A DNA stretch of 64,000 bases from IMG/VR virus record IMGVR_UViG_3300023108_000002. One strand, written 5' to 3'. Position 1 is the first letter of the stretch. Every line of letters begins with the position of its first letter. A program made the position numbers and the translations under genes. This DNA is from a virus. Lineage: Duplodnaviria > Caudoviricetes. Shown piece by piece: positions 63,987 to 64,000 of this stretch. Below the pieces are notes generated by a model. That model ran no database searches. It was not told the DNA's origin and saw only the letters and a list, made by a program, of their open reading frames with translations.

Positions 63987-64000
63987 AAATGACTCGTTAT

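Noticed and set aside
63989-64000. Start of a further CDS (ATGACTCGTTAT)
   Set aside because: Only four codons are inside the window, so it cannot be characterised.

Overview
AT-rich segment of a large T4-like myovirus genome, probably marine and probably infecting an alphaproteobacterium. Phage type is inferred from TATAAATA late promoters upstream of structural genes and TTGAC(A/T)-17-TATATT early promoters. Host is inferred from an RpoD-type KLKHPSRS sigma-4 tail, an SbmA/BacA gene and GANTC-bearing promoters. Bases 1-39.1 kb are a minus-strand array of about 19 fibre/receptor-binding-like genes built from a few shared modules with different C-terminal heads, including a 3157-aa protein. 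A plus-strand island (membrane coiled-coil protein, thyX, two small genes) interrupts this array. Bases 39.1-64 kb are an accessory and early region. It holds MazG-like, guaC, lipase, a MotA/MotB-like pair next to sbmA and clpP, SleB hydrolase, a DNA methyltransferase, a YkuK RNase H-like gene, glutaredoxin, a stand-alone sigma70 region-4 mimic, a half-size Na/Pi cotransporter, an HEXXH peptidase, a SET-domain gene, many small ORFs behind repeated promoter cassettes, four tRNAs and three candidate structured non-coding RNAs. The best leads are the promoter-to-terminator structured RNA at 55.2-55.5 kb, the sigma-4 mimic, the MotAB-like/SbmA/ClpP envelope module and the YGAKTCG motif at early promoters. 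All family assignments come from motif recognition by eye; no database search was run.
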